Origin: an uncultured Acidobacteriota bacterium | GTDB taxonomy: Bacteria > Acidobacteriota > Vicinamibacteria > Vicinamibacterales > CAVVIG01 | DNA length: 64,000 bases | NCBI GenBank assembly: GCA_963711795.1 | Contig: CAVQFD010000004.1 | Coordinates: 395,873 to 459,872 of the forward strand | Reading direction: 5' to 3' | Shown here: positions 53,053 through 63,036 of the stretch, piece by piece | Layout of the letters: every line of letters begins with the position of its first letter | Numbering within the stretch: the first letter of the stretch is position 1 | Notes under the pieces: model-generated | The model's input: the letters and a program-made list of their open reading frames with translations, nothing else | Told to the model about the DNA's origin: nothing | Databases searched by the model: none | Program-made: the position numbers and the translations under genes

Positions 53053-54099
53053 CTACCGCGACGGCTTGGCCGCCGCTTCCTTTTCGAGGAACCGCGCGCC
53101 CTTGAGCAGGTTGGTCATCCCGTAATTCGCTTCGTGGCATGCGTACTCGAACATCTGATCCGTGGTCAGCCGCATGGCGATCTGCGCCGTCCACGGCCTC
53201 GTCCAGGTCGTGGGATCGCTGACCGTGAACTGGTACAACAGAGTGTCCTGGTCCACACGGGTAAAGCGCTCGATCAGATGAAGGTTCGGACTCGAGCCGC
53301 GGAGCGAGGTTTCGTCGGTGAAATTCTTCGTCTCCACGACCAGCGTGTCGCCTTCCCATCGCCCGCGTGAGCTGCCGGTCCGCGCCGTCACTTTGCCGAG
53401 AGGTCGGTTGTCGAGCGGCACGATGCGTGCGCTGTGCACCATTTCGTTCACGAGCACCACGTAACCCGGCGCCTGGATCACCTGCACGTTCATGTTGTAA
53501 CCGCCCGGCACCATCGGAGGGCCGGAGTTGAAGCCGGAGATGCAGCGTTCGCCGACGCTTCGATCTTCGGGTCCGAGCGCGAGACGCTCGCGCTCGGCGT
53601 CCTGAGCCTCGAGACGCCGCTTGCCTTCAGCGGTCAGCGCAGGGATCTTGCCATCAGGTGGATCCACAATCAGCGAGGTTTGGCGGTTTCCGACGACTTT
53701 TGTCCCGCGATCCCACCAGAAGTCGTTGTACGCGAGCGCCACGTCCGCGGTGATGACCTGGCCGTTGACGACACCTCTGGACGTATCAGTCTTGCTCTGC
53801 TCCCTGTTGGCGTCGGCATCGCGCGCCTCGACGATGCGGCGCTCGTACGCGGCGGCTTCTTCGTCGGTCAGGAAGGGCTTGTTCGCGAACTCAGCGGGGC
53901 GTTCGAGTGGTGTAACGGTTCGAAAGTCCCACATGCCCTGCAGGTCCGGATGGCCGTCCGCCGTCCGGGCCGGCTTCCAGGCAGAGCGGGGCGATGCAGC
54001 CGACGCGCCTTGCGTGGCGGCGGTCTGACCCGCCACAAGAAGGGCTTGAGGAACGATGATCGAGAGCACGCCGACGGTCATGAACAGGAGTCGCCGCAT
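53053..54099 (-). CDS. Uncharacterised secreted protein, PDLxG...EYACHExN family (copy 3)
   Basis: RTADGHPDLQG, YNDFWW, ERC, EMVHSAR, WEGDTLVVET, FEYACHEAN; GGAGG RBS. Confidence 0.8.
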   Translation of the reverse strand: MRRLLFMTVGVLSIIVPQALLVAGQTAATQGASAASPRSAWKPARTADGHPDLQGMWDFRTVTPLERPAEFANKPFLTDEEAAAYERRIVEARDADANREQSKTDTSRGVVNGQVITADVALAYNDFWWDRGTKVVGNRQTSLIVDPPDGKIPALTAEGKRRLEAQDAERERLALGPEDRSVGERCISGFNSGPPMVPGGYNMNVQVIQAPGYVVLVNEMVHSARIVPLDNRPLGKVTARTGSSRGRWEGDTLVVETKNFTDETSLRGSSPNLHLIERFTRVDQDTLLYQFTVSDPTTWTRPWTAQIAMRLTTDQMFEYACHEANYGMTNLLKGARFLEKEAAAKPSR

Positions 54100-54137
54100 G
54101 GTGAACCTCCAGGTTTCTCCGGATTGCCGATACGCCA

Positions 54138-55706
54138 TCAACGTGCTGACGGCGCCTGGCACCGGAAGTTCTCTGCCGAGTTGACGTCGCCCTGACCCAG
54201 GTACTGCGCGACCTGCGGGTGCGGGCACAGTGGCCGCGTGCGCTCGACCTTGCCGGCCGTGGCGCGCGTCGCCACGACCTGCGCCGGCGCGGTGCCGCGC
54301 TCCACCCACCCTTCGAGGACGGTGAGCATGTCGAACGTGTTCGGGCCGGGACCGCCGCTGCAGTGATGCATCCCGGGGACGAGATAGAGCCTGGTGAAGG
54401 CGTCCGCCTCCCGTTGCCCGCCGACGGCCTTCGCCACGCTGTTGTAGTAGTCGAGCGTGCCGTAAGCGCTGATCGCCGGATCGGCCCACCCGTGGTACAT
54501 CAGGAGCTTGCCGCCACGATCCTTGAAAGGCCGCAGGTTGGCGTCGAGCGGGCTCAGGATCTCGGTCATCGTCTTCAGCCGCGGCAGATCCTGTTCAAAG
54601 CGGAAGAGGCGCCAGTTGAAGCCGGCCTCGTCCTTGTCGAACAGCAGGAAGCGCATGTTCTGCTCGCTCAGCCGATAGCCGCTCGGCAGCTCCGTGCCGT
54701 AGGCGAGAGAACCATCGGCCTGTTTGGCCGGCGGCGTGTTGCCGGTGACCCAGGCGCGCCATCCGGACTGTCCGCCTTCGTGCCCGACCGGGAAGCCCGC
54801 GGTGTACTGAGCACCGGCAGGCGTTTTCACGGGTGAGTAAACCCGCCGCACCGTTTCGAGCTGGCCCGCCGTCAAGCAGGTCGGCGAGTCCGCCCCGGCG
54901 CACTTCAGCGTCTCCGGCTTGAACGTGCACAGCCGGGGATCGGTGATGAGCCCGTCTTCCAGGCCATCGGTCTTGTCGCACGCCGCGAGCGTCGCCTTCG
55001 AGAGCAGTTCGACCTTGTCGATCGTCAGGTAGTTCGCCTCGGACGCCAGCATGTGCTGATAGACGAGCGCGCGTCCGACCTGCATGGGTGTGCCGGTCGC
55101 CGGATCGCCCGCGATGATGCCGGTGAAATCGGTGGGGTAGCGCTGGACTTCCATCAGCGCCTGCCGGCCGCCGTTCGAGCATCCGTTGAAGTACGCCTGC
55201 GCGAGAGGTTTTCCGTAGTACGTCTCGCTCAGCGCCTTGGCGGCCACCGTCGTGACGTGCGTACCCCGGTGCCCATAGTCGATTTCCTTCGCGCGGTTGC
55301 TGCCCCACGTCGTGTCGTTGTTGAGATGACCTGTGTCGGTCGAGGCAGAGGCGTACCCGCGCGCCAGGCCGGTGTTGAGCGATCCAATCGTGCCCCCGGT
55401 GCCGCCGACTCCCTGGAAGTAGAACTTGCCGTTCCATGTGTCCGGCAGACCCAGTCGGAAATTCACCGTGTTGCCGGGCACCGCCACGTGGCCATCCACC
55501 CGGCAGTGGCGCGGCACGCCGTCGGCCGCATCGACCATGGCCGCCGCGGTAACAGTCGTGTCTTTCGGCGCCCCGGCCTGGATGCGGGCGACCGAGCAGT
55601 TGCCTGCCGCAGGAGCTCCGCTCTGCGTGGATACAGTGGCTGCGAGCCCCGACACTCCAATCACGGCCGCGGACAAGACGATCACCTGAGCGTTCGCCAT
55701 CCTCAT
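54138..55706 (-). CDS. Tannase/feruloyl esterase family hydrolase
   Basis: TDTGH, GCSNGGRQ, HGWAD, PGMHHC, RPLCP. Confidence 0.92.
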   Translation of the reverse strand: MRMANAQVIVLSAAVIGVSGLAATVSTQSGAPAAGNCSVARIQAGAPKDTTVTAAAMVDAADGVPRHCRVDGHVAVPGNTVNFRLGLPDTWNGKFYFQGVGGTGGTIGSLNTGLARGYASASTDTGHLNNDTTWGSNRAKEIDYGHRGTHVTTVAAKALSETYYGKPLAQAYFNGCSNGGRQALMEVQRYPTDFTGIIAGDPATGTPMQVGRALVYQHMLASEANYLTIDKVELLSKATLAACDKTDGLEDGLITDPRLCTFKPETLKCAGADSPTCLTAGQLETVRRVYSPVKTPAGAQYTAGFPVGHEGGQSGWRAWVTGNTPPAKQADGSLAYGTELPSGYRLSEQNMRFLLFDKDEAGFNWRLFRFEQDLPRLKTMTEILSPLDANLRPFKDRGGKLLMYHGWADPAISAYGTLDYYNSVAKAVGGQREADAFTRLYLVPGMHHCSGGPGPNTFDMLTVLEGWVERGTAPAQVVATRATAGKVERTRPLCPHPQVAQYLGQGDVNSAENFRCQAPSAR

Positions 55707-55756
55707 GTCTCCCTCTTGCCCCGGCCGTCAGGGCCGCAGGCAACCTGGTCGCCGGG

Positions 55757-56212
55757 TTAGCGCTTTCTTCCAAGCCGCCGTGTTCTTGGTGCTTCCGCCT
55801 CGCGCGCAATCATGACGTCGGTGGACTTGACGATCGCGACGGCATTGTCGCCGCGCTTCAGCTTCAACTCTTCGAGGGCGTCGCTGGTGATCACCGCCGT
55901 CAGCGACTGGTCGCCGATCCGGAGCCGCACCTGCCCGAGCACTCCGTCGACGCGGACTTCGTCGACAAACCCCCGCAGGCGATTGCGCCCGCTCAAAGCG
56001 ACGATGAGGCCGGTGACCGAGGCGGGCCGGCTCGGCGCCTTGATGCCCGGCGCTTGCCTCGCCACAAGCCTGTCGACTTCGGCCTCGGGAACGCGGTGAT
56101 GCCCGCCTTCAGTCTGCGTCGTCCTCACCTTGCCCTGGTAGATCCACTGCTTCAGCGTGGAGTACCCGATTCCGAGACGTGAGGCCGCCGTCCGGACGGT
56201 CAGCAGGGACAT
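55757..56212 (-). CDS. Excisionase-type HTH plus TOBE domain regulator
   Basis: YSTLKQWI..T.GGHHR HTH; SGRNRLRG...AVIT...AIVKSTDV TOBE. Confidence 0.85.
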   Translation of the reverse strand: MSLLTVRTAASRLGIGYSTLKQWIYQGKVRTTQTEGGHHRVPEAEVDRLVARQAPGIKAPSRPASVTGLIVALSGRNRLRGFVDEVRVDGVLGQVRLRIGDQSLTAVITSDALEELKLKRGDNAVAIVKSTDVMIAREAEAPRTRRLGRKR

Positions 56213-56284
56213 GTCGCCGGAATCATACGACAGGGGCGGGACGAACGGGGAACAGGGAAGGGACGGGGATCGGGGACCGATCCG

Positions 56285-56662
56285 CTAGACGCGGCGGCTG
56301 GCCGGGACGGGCGTCTGCGACAGCTTGCGCTGGACGAGCGTGAGCAGCTCTGCCGGGACGATGGGCTTGACCAGGAAATCGGCGCCGGCCTGCCGCGCTT
56401 CGTGCTCGAGCAGCGGATCCGCGAACCCCGAGATGACGATCGAGGGGATGTGCGTGCGGGAGAGCATGATCAACTGCAGGCCGTTGAACTCGCCCAGCCG
56501 GATGTCCACGATCAGGAGATCGGGCACGCGTTTCGACAGGATAGCCCGCGCATCCTCGAATGTCGTGGCCACGTGCGCATCATGCCCGGCGTGACGGAGC
56601 AGCTCCGCCATCCCGGCACACGTCGACACGTCGTCGTCTACGATCAGGACGGAAGCGCCCAT
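56285..56662 (-). CDS. Single-domain response regulator
   Basis: VLIVDDD, DLLIVD, ISG, FLVKP. Confidence 0.9.
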   Translation of the reverse strand: MGASVLIVDDDVSTCAGMAELLRHAGHDAHVATTFEDARAILSKRVPDLLIVDIRLGEFNGLQLIMLSRTHIPSIVISGFADPLLEHEARQAGADFLVKPIVPAELLTLVQRKLSQTPVPASRRV

Positions 56663-56780
56663 GAAGCCCTCAGCTTAACGCAGAAATCGTCTGTGGCGAC
56701 TCGCCTGATTGACGGAAATCGATGGTCAATCTTTAAGGATGAGGTTGCCTCTAAAGCGCCTCGCGCATTACTGTTCTCGC

Positions 56781-57587
56781 ATGTTCAGTAGTGTTCTTCT
56801 GGCATTGCTCGTTGCTGCACAGCCCCAGGCGCCAACCACGCCGCCCCCGGCGACCGGACAGCCACGACCGCCGGCCGCCACGACGCCGGCGCGCCGTCCC
56901 GCGACCGGTGGAACAACCCTGCAAATCAAGGTGACCGATCGGTCAGGGGTGCCGGCCGCGGATATTGCCGTATCCGCCGAGGGGCCGGTCAGCCGCGAAG
57001 CCGTGACGGATGCCAGCGGTATCGCGCTCTTCCGCACGATGTCGGCCGGCACCTACAGGGTGCGCGCCGGCGGCGACAAGTTTGTCACCTTCGAGAAGGA
57101 AGTCGTCGTCAGAACGACGCCTGCCACGACGGAGATGGCGCTGTCTGCCGCACCGCCGCCACCGGAGCCGCCCCCGGCTCCGGCTCCTCCGCCTCCCGCG
57201 CCGGCGCCGGTCGCAGTCACGGGGCCGCCAGGAGAGCCAAAGGCGCTCTCGATTCCCGACATGGCCGAGCGGTCCCTGTCTGGCCGCGATCCGGTCAGGT
57301 CGTTCCCGATCGGCTGTTCCGGCATGAGCCGGACACAACTCATCGTCCTCAGGGAATCCACGCCAGCATCCGCGCTGCCGGAAACCGAGGAGATGCTTTA
57401 CCTGGTGGCCGGCGAAGCGAGCATCAAGATGGGTGCGAAGGAGCAGCCGCTCACGCCTGGATGGTTCGCGATCGTGCCGCGGGGCACCGAGCGGGTGGTA
57501 TCGCGTCGAGGGCGAAACCCCGCCATCTTTTTGTCGACGATCGCGGGACAGCCCTGCTCGACGGCAGGCTCGGCCGCGCAACCGTGA
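56781..57587 (+). CDS. Secreted protein: carboxypeptidase-regulatory-like domain, Pro linker, cupin-like domain
   Basis: VTD.SG...TDASG...GTY; poly-Pro linker; EEMLYLVAGE...VPRG. Confidence 0.65.
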   Translation: MFSSVLLALLVAAQPQAPTTPPPATGQPRPPAATTPARRPATGGTTLQIKVTDRSGVPAADIAVSAEGPVSREAVTDASGIALFRTMSAGTYRVRAGGDKFVTFEKEVVVRTTPATTEMALSAAPPPPEPPPAPAPPPPAPAPVAVTGPPGEPKALSIPDMAERSLSGRDPVRSFPIGCSGMSRTQLIVLRESTPASALPETEEMLYLVAGEASIKMGAKEQPLTPGWFAIVPRGTERVVSRRGRNPAIFLSTIAGQPCSTAGSAAQP

Positions 57588-57633
57588 CGTTGGATGCAGG
57601 CCGGGTCCTTTCTGGACCCGGCTAGCTGGCTAG

Positions 57634-59313
57634 CTAAGGAGCGTCCCAGGAATAGCCAGGCTCCGTCGTGAGCCTGGCATCGTCGACCGGCACACCGACG
57701 GTGAAGTGATAGAGGCTCTGGAACTGGTGACCAGTGAGGCCCAGCACGTCGTGCACAGGGTCGTCGAAGAAGCAGCCGATGCCCGTCGCACGGACCCCGG
57801 CCGCCTCCGATTCGAGATAGAGCGCCTGCCCGACGATCCCCGTTTCCCAGAACAAGTGGCGATAGAACGACGGGCCGAACTCGGAAAGGCTCCGGTCGAA
57901 CTCCGCAATCATGCCGAGGCTGAAGAAGCCGTCCGAGGCGATGTCCTGGTTGCAACTGAGTTGCGCTGACAGCGCCCTGGCGTCGCCGGTCGCGAGGCGC
58001 TGGAGGGGAAGGCTTTCGCACGCAGCCTCCCACTGGAAGTCAGCCCGGCACGCGCCGCGAAGCCGATCGAGCGCTTCAGCATTTCTGATCAACAGGTAGA
58101 GCCCCGGTTCGAGGCCGTCCACGCGGTGGACGAAGAGGACGAGGTGCACGCGCGGCGTCCACCACTGGCCGTTCCAGGGTGCAGCCGCGCGCGGCATCAC
58201 GCCAGCCAGGAGCCGCAGGAAGATCGTGCGATCGATCGCGGACCGGCCGTCGAAGGCGACGGCGCTTCGGCGCTGCAGCAGCAGTGTCCTCGCATCGATT
58301 TTCCGGTCTGAGGGGTTCTGACGTGGCACCGCTGGCAGCGGCGGCGCCTCTATCGTGCGGCCAGGGTCGGACGTGGCGCGTGCGATTTCGTCGATGAACG
58401 TCCATTGCACGTGCTCTTCGCTCAGCTGACTCGCGCGGCCAGACCACACGCCCTGCCGGATGCGCTCGGCGAGCGGCTCGACGCTGACCGCGTCTGGCAG
58501 GGGAGCACCGGACAAAGCGATGATGCAGCCGGGCTCTTCACGCTCCGCGTCCGTGAAGTCTTCATCCCGATTGATGCCGGTCGCTGACGCGATGGCGTGA
58601 TGCGACCACGCGGGCAGCAGCCGCGCGCCCCATCCGTGCAGAGCGGCCGAAAAGCTCACCGCCGCGATCGCATGACCGAGGTCGTGCTGGCAGTAGCGGA
58701 ACGCGCGCTCGCCGTACTTCCACGACTCCCGCCAGTGAATCGACGTCAACGCCACCAGCCAGAGGTCCGATCGTCCGGCCGAGGCCTCGCTCCACGCGTC
58801 GTCGTCGAACGTGCACCGGCGTTCGAGCGCGTGACGATCGGGCGCGTAGTGGAATACCCCGGCGTGGCTGTCGAGCCCCGGCAGCGAACCACAGATGACG
58901 TACGCCTCGGTCGGGTGAAGGTTGCCACTGGATGGGTTGACGCGAAGCGCCCATCGTGAAGGCCCGGACTGCTTCCAGGCCGACAGTCCCAGCGAATGCC
59001 TGAGTACGTCGCCAACGGCCTGGATGGTCAGTTCGGCCGGCGCCTGGTGCGCGATGAACAGGCCGTCGAACGTCGCATGGCGCGACACATCCAGGTCCGT
59101 GCCCGCCGCGGGATCCGGGTAGAGCGGAAACGTCGGCGAGCCGGCGTAGTTGCGGAATGGCCGCGGCTGCGACGCCCAGTCGAGGTAGCCCAGCGATCGG
59201 GCGAAGCGATTGAAGTGATGCTTCGTCCCGTCGTGGTAGCGGTGAACGGGGTCGAGGATCGCCTGATGCGCGCCCGGCTCGTCAGCCTGTGGAGGAACCA
59301 ACGTGTCGATCAT
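57634..59313 (-). CDS. SagB/ThcOx-like double nitroreductase-domain protein
   Basis: YHDGTKH, LRVNPSSGNLHPTE, WKYGERAFRY, RRS, GIGCFFDD. Confidence 0.85.
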   Translation of the reverse strand: MIDTLVPPQADEPGAHQAILDPVHRYHDGTKHHFNRFARSLGYLDWASQPRPFRNYAGSPTFPLYPDPAAGTDLDVSRHATFDGLFIAHQAPAELTIQAVGDVLRHSLGLSAWKQSGPSRWALRVNPSSGNLHPTEAYVICGSLPGLDSHAGVFHYAPDRHALERRCTFDDDAWSEASAGRSDLWLVALTSIHWRESWKYGERAFRYCQHDLGHAIAAVSFSAALHGWGARLLPAWSHHAIASATGINRDEDFTDAEREEPGCIIALSGAPLPDAVSVEPLAERIRQGVWSGRASQLSEEHVQWTFIDEIARATSDPGRTIEAPPLPAVPRQNPSDRKIDARTLLLQRRSAVAFDGRSAIDRTIFLRLLAGVMPRAAAPWNGQWWTPRVHLVLFVHRVDGLEPGLYLLIRNAEALDRLRGACRADFQWEAACESLPLQRLATGDARALSAQLSCNQDIASDGFFSLGMIAEFDRSLSEFGPSFYRHLFWETGIVGQALYLESEAAGVRATGIGCFFDDPVHDVLGLTGHQFQSLYHFTVGVPVDDARLTTEPGYSWDAP

Positions 59314-59472
59314 ACTGCCGCTGCTGCAGCATGGCCGCGATAGCCGCCGATGACGCGGCGACTCGCGACGGCAGCCGGCGAATACCTCGCGATCCTGCAG
59401 CAGGTCACGCATCCGGCGCGATTTCGAGGTTGAAGGTTTCGTCCCGTGCAGCGGCACGTATAGACTCGTCAG

Positions 59473-59574
59473 ATGCAGCAGGAACTCCTGCTCCGCCTGT
59501 CAGCTCTCCGTCGGTTCGCCGTAGCGTTGCGCGAGGTGGCGTCGGGCTTCATGAGCCCGCCCCCAGGCACTTGA
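59473..59574 (+). CDS. Putative leaderless small ORF (33 aa); same frame continues after TGA to 59685
   Basis: TAGACT -10-like box 6 nt before ATG; amphipathic MQQELLLRLSALRRFAVALREVASGF. Confidence 0.35.
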   Translation: MQQELLLRLSALRRFAVALREVASGFMSPPPGT

Positions 59575-59711
59575 GGGATGAATCCAGTGTCCTGGGAGCA
59601 GGACGCACGTCGACGCTATGAAGAACGGCGGCAGGCCGAGGCTACCGGGGCCACCGGCCGACTGGAGGATCGTTCCGCCGGGTGAGGAACGTCCTCAGCC
59701 TGCCTGAATTG

Positions 59712-60104
59712 TCACGCCACCTTCACCTCGCGGCCTCTCGGCGAACCGGCGGCCCGGAACTGCAGCGTCGCGAAAATTTCGACCACCACGGCAACCGCGA
59801 CCACTAGCAGCCTTGCGAGCGGCGTCAGCTGACCCCAGAAGATCATCAGCACAGCGGCGCTCGCCAGGACCCATGCGACATCGGCCGCTGTGAAGGCAAG
59901 GAGCACCGTTCGGCTCATCTGAGGCCGTCGTGCGGCGAGCAGCATGGCCCCCGCGTAGCCGATCAGTCCGGCAGCGAGGGCATCGAGTAGTGCTGGGCTG
60001 CTCAGGCCGAAGAGGCCGTACAACGAGCCACGGGCGGCCAGGAGGCCGACGGCGGATGCGCCGGTCGACAATGCGTTCATCTGCAGGATTCGATGCGGTG
60101 CCAT
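59712..60104 (-). CDS. Hypothetical 4-TM membrane protein
   Basis: Hydrophobic; NALST...D..WV..S...Q pattern; GGAGG RBS; divergent from the XRE regulator. Confidence 0.7.
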   Translation of the reverse strand: MAPHRILQMNALSTGASAVGLLAARGSLYGLFGLSSPALLDALAAGLIGYAGAMLLAARRPQMSRTVLLAFTAADVAWVLASAAVLMIFWGQLTPLARLLVVAVAVVVEIFATLQFRAAGSPRGREVKVA

Positions 60105-60217
60105 AGATGTGTCCTCCAGCAAGAATCTAGTGAGGCACCAGCATTACGCCAGGCGCGTTCGCCGGCAATTACCTGGGAGGTAATGGTCGTTCCGCCCTGG
60201 GCGCGGTAGCATCGGCC

Positions 60218-61036
60218 ATGCCCACCGCTGCCGCGGCTCACGCTCGCGAACCACAGGTCCTCGGACACCTCCTGCGCGAATGGCGGACGGCGCGCGGCAT
60301 GAGCCAGCTCAGTCTCGCCATGCGCGCGGGCTTCTCCGCCAGGCACGTCAGCTTCATCGAAACTGGACGGGCGCAACCCAGCCGGCAAGCGGTCCTGGTG
60401 CTGGCCGAAGCGCTGGACGTCCCTCTCCGTGAACGTAACCGGCTGCTCGGCGCGGCGGGTTATGCGGAGGTCTTCCGCCAGACGCCTCTGGGCGCCGAGG
60501 AGATGCACCATGTCCACGGCGTACTCGAGTTCATCCTCGAACGCCACGAGCCATACGGCGCCGTCGTCCTCGACCGGTATTCCAACCTGCTCATGGCCAA
60601 CGCTCCGGCGACGCGTCTCCTGGGCGGACTCGTCGATTCAACGTTACTGGGCGCGGCGCCCAACATGCTGCGCGTCGTCTTCCATCCGCTTGGGGTGCGG
60701 CGGTCGATCGTGAACTGGCCGGAGGTGGCCAGGCACATGTGGGGAAGGGCGGAGCGTGAGCTCGCAGCGCCGGGCGGCGACGAGGCCGGTGCCGCGCTCC
60801 TCGAGGAACTCCGCGGCTATCTCGATCCGGCCCTGTTGACGCCTATGCCACCGACGGCTCGTGGCGCCGATCTCCTTCTGCCGGTGCACATCCGGACCGA
60901 CGCGCTGGAGTTGCGCGTCTTTACCGGAATCATGACATTCGGGACCCCGCAGGACGTCACGCTTCAGGAGCTGCGGATCGAGACGTTCTTCCCCGCCGAC
61001 GACGCTTCTGCAGACGTCATGAAGCGTATTGCCTGA
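60218..61036 (+). CDS. XRE HTH plus MmyB-like ligand-binding regulator
   Basis: SQLSLA..SARHVSFIETGR, RERNRLL, FGTPQDVT..ELRIETFFPAD. Confidence 0.9.
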   Translation: MPTAAAAHAREPQVLGHLLREWRTARGMSQLSLAMRAGFSARHVSFIETGRAQPSRQAVLVLAEALDVPLRERNRLLGAAGYAEVFRQTPLGAEEMHHVHGVLEFILERHEPYGAVVLDRYSNLLMANAPATRLLGGLVDSTLLGAAPNMLRVVFHPLGVRRSIVNWPEVARHMWGRAERELAAPGGDEAGAALLEELRGYLDPALLTPMPPTARGADLLLPVHIRTDALELRVFTGIMTFGTPQDVTLQELRIETFFPADDASADVMKRIA

Positions 61037-61072
61037 CGGCTCGCTCATGCGCAACGCCCGCCAGGCCGACGC

Positions 61073-61573
61073 TCAGGCGAACGGATTCTCGTCAGCGCTC
61101 CGGCCGTAAATCACCGGGATTGGGATATCGAGCATCCTCAGGTACACCGTCAGCTGGCCTCGATGGTGATACCAGTGATTGAGGAGCACGGAGCGGAGCA
61201 GCGCGACCCGCGGGATCGTCATCAGCTCACGAGGGCCCGCCGTCATCCGCCAGGGTTTCATGGCGAGCTCGGGACTCAGCCCCGACAGATACGCCTCGGC
61301 GTTCTTCAGGCTGGCATCGAACGCCGTCAGGACCTCGTCGCGCGACGCGGGCTGGGGCGGCGTGAAATCGACCGTGGAGGCGTCGAACCCATCGAGCGCC
61401 GCGAGGCCGCAAATGGCGCCGGGAATGTTCGCGACGTGAATCGCGAGCTGCCCGAGCGTCATCGACTTGGGATGTGGCCGCCACGAGAGCTTGTCTCCGG
61501 GCACCCGTTCGAGCACGCGCCGGGTCGTGCCGGCTTCCTGACGGAGTTCGTCGACCATAGGTACGTTCATCAT
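61073..61573 (-). CDS. DinB family protein
   Basis: PHPKSMTLGQLAIH, HWYHHRGQL, YGRSADE. Confidence 0.9.
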   Translation of the reverse strand: MMNVPMVDELRQEAGTTRRVLERVPGDKLSWRPHPKSMTLGQLAIHVANIPGAICGLAALDGFDASTVDFTPPQPASRDEVLTAFDASLKNAEAYLSGLSPELAMKPWRMTAGPRELMTIPRVALLRSVLLNHWYHHRGQLTVYLRMLDIPIPVIYGRSADENPFA

Positions 61574-61610
61574 CCATCCCCTTCTTTGAGTTCGCGTCCG
61601 GAGTGAGGCC

Positions 61611-62996
61611 TCAGCCCGCCGGTATCGCCTCGGGAACCTGAGCCGGGGCGGGGGAGGCCGCGAAGTTCAACCGCTTGCGGAACTCGCTGCGGAGGAGCAA
61701 CAGCACGAGCCCCATTTGAAGCGCGATGGCCGCGACCGACAGATACCAGATCCACCAGAGCTGGAAGCCCGGAAGCCTCGACAGCAGGAACGCGGGGACT
61801 GCTACGAGGAGCAGGCGGACGAAGGACGCGATGAGCGACGGCATTGCGTTGCCCATCGCCTGGAACATGCTCCCCGAGACGAAGATCACACCGGAGGCGA
61901 TGAAGTTCCACGACGCGATGCGGAGGAACTCGTCGCCCACCGCCACGACTTCGGGGTCGCTGGAGAACAGCCGGATCATCGCCGCCGGAGCGATGTGGCA
62001 GAGCAGCGCCATGACGGTCATCACCGAGGCCACGAGCAGCATCGCGGTCCGGAACGTCGCGTAGACGCGGTCGGCCTTCCGTGCGCCCACGTTCTGCCCG
62101 GCGAGAGGCGCCACGGCGAAGCCCAGCGCGACCGCGGGCATGAAGAGCGCCTGGATGATGCGCTGGCCGACGCCGAAGCCGGCCTGTGCGGCCGCACCGA
62201 ACGGCCGGCTGACCGCGTACACGATCACCAGGTACACCGCCATGAGCGCGAACTCGGCCCCCGCTGGCAGTCCGATACCCAGCATCCTCCGCCAGAGCGG
62301 GATGTCCGGCGTCCAGTCATGCCGCCTGAACCGGAGGTACGAGTCGGCCGGGAGGAAGTAGAACGCCAGCCAGACCGTGCCGACGGCAATGGCGATCAGG
62401 CTCGCGACGGCCGCGCCGCCGACGCCGAGCGCGGGACTCCCGAACCAGCCGAAGATGAGCACCGGCGCGAACACGATGTTCATGATCACCGTGGCCGTCT
62501 GCACCACCATCCCGGGCTTGAAGTTGCCGGTGCCGCGCAGCGCCGCCGCCATCACGACCATCGGGAACTGCAGCCCCATCGCCGGGATGAACCAGAGCAG
62601 GTAGTCCGCGGCGAGGCGCGCCGTCGGTACGTCAGCGCTGAGGCCGTTCACATACGGCAGCCTGGCCGCCATGCTGAGCACGACGAATACGACGCCGACG
62701 ACGGCCGAGAGAACGAGCGACTGGTTGAACGCGCGGAGCGCCCTCTCGCGATCGCGCTGGCCGGCGGCATGCGACACCAGCGTCGTCGTGCCGACGCCGA
62801 GCATCTGCGTGACGGCCAGCACGATGAACATCAGGTTGCCGGAGATCCCAACGGCCGCGACGGCTTCCTTGCCGAGACGTCCGACCCAGTAGAGGTCCAC
62901 CAGAATGTAGAGCGTCTGGAAGACCATCGTGACGAGCATGAAGCTCGCGGTCTTGAGGAGGTGCCGCGGGATCGATCCGGTGGTGAGATCCTGCAT
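61611..62996 (-). CDS. MATE family efflux transporter
   Basis: MQDLTTGSI, about 12 TM, LRGTG, GQNVGA. Confidence 0.92.
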   Translation of the reverse strand: MQDLTTGSIPRHLLKTASFMLVTMVFQTLYILVDLYWVGRLGKEAVAAVGISGNLMFIVLAVTQMLGVGTTTLVSHAAGQRDRERALRAFNQSLVLSAVVGVVFVVLSMAARLPYVNGLSADVPTARLAADYLLWFIPAMGLQFPMVVMAAALRGTGNFKPGMVVQTATVIMNIVFAPVLIFGWFGSPALGVGGAAVASLIAIAVGTVWLAFYFLPADSYLRFRRHDWTPDIPLWRRMLGIGLPAGAEFALMAVYLVIVYAVSRPFGAAAQAGFGVGQRIIQALFMPAVALGFAVAPLAGQNVGARKADRVYATFRTAMLLVASVMTVMALLCHIAPAAMIRLFSSDPEVVAVGDEFLRIASWNFIASGVIFVSGSMFQAMGNAMPSLIASFVRLLLVAVPAFLLSRLPGFQLWWIWYLSVAAIALQMGLVLLLLRSEFRKRLNFAASPAPAQVPEAIPAG

Positions 62997-63036
62997 GGGG
63001 TTCCGCCGAGATTCCTTTCAGGTCGCTCCTCCGAGT

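Noticed and set aside
57634..59313. Azole-containing RiPP cluster around the SagB-like gene
   Set aside because: No YcaO or cyclodehydratase and no Cys/Ser/Thr-rich precursor nearby
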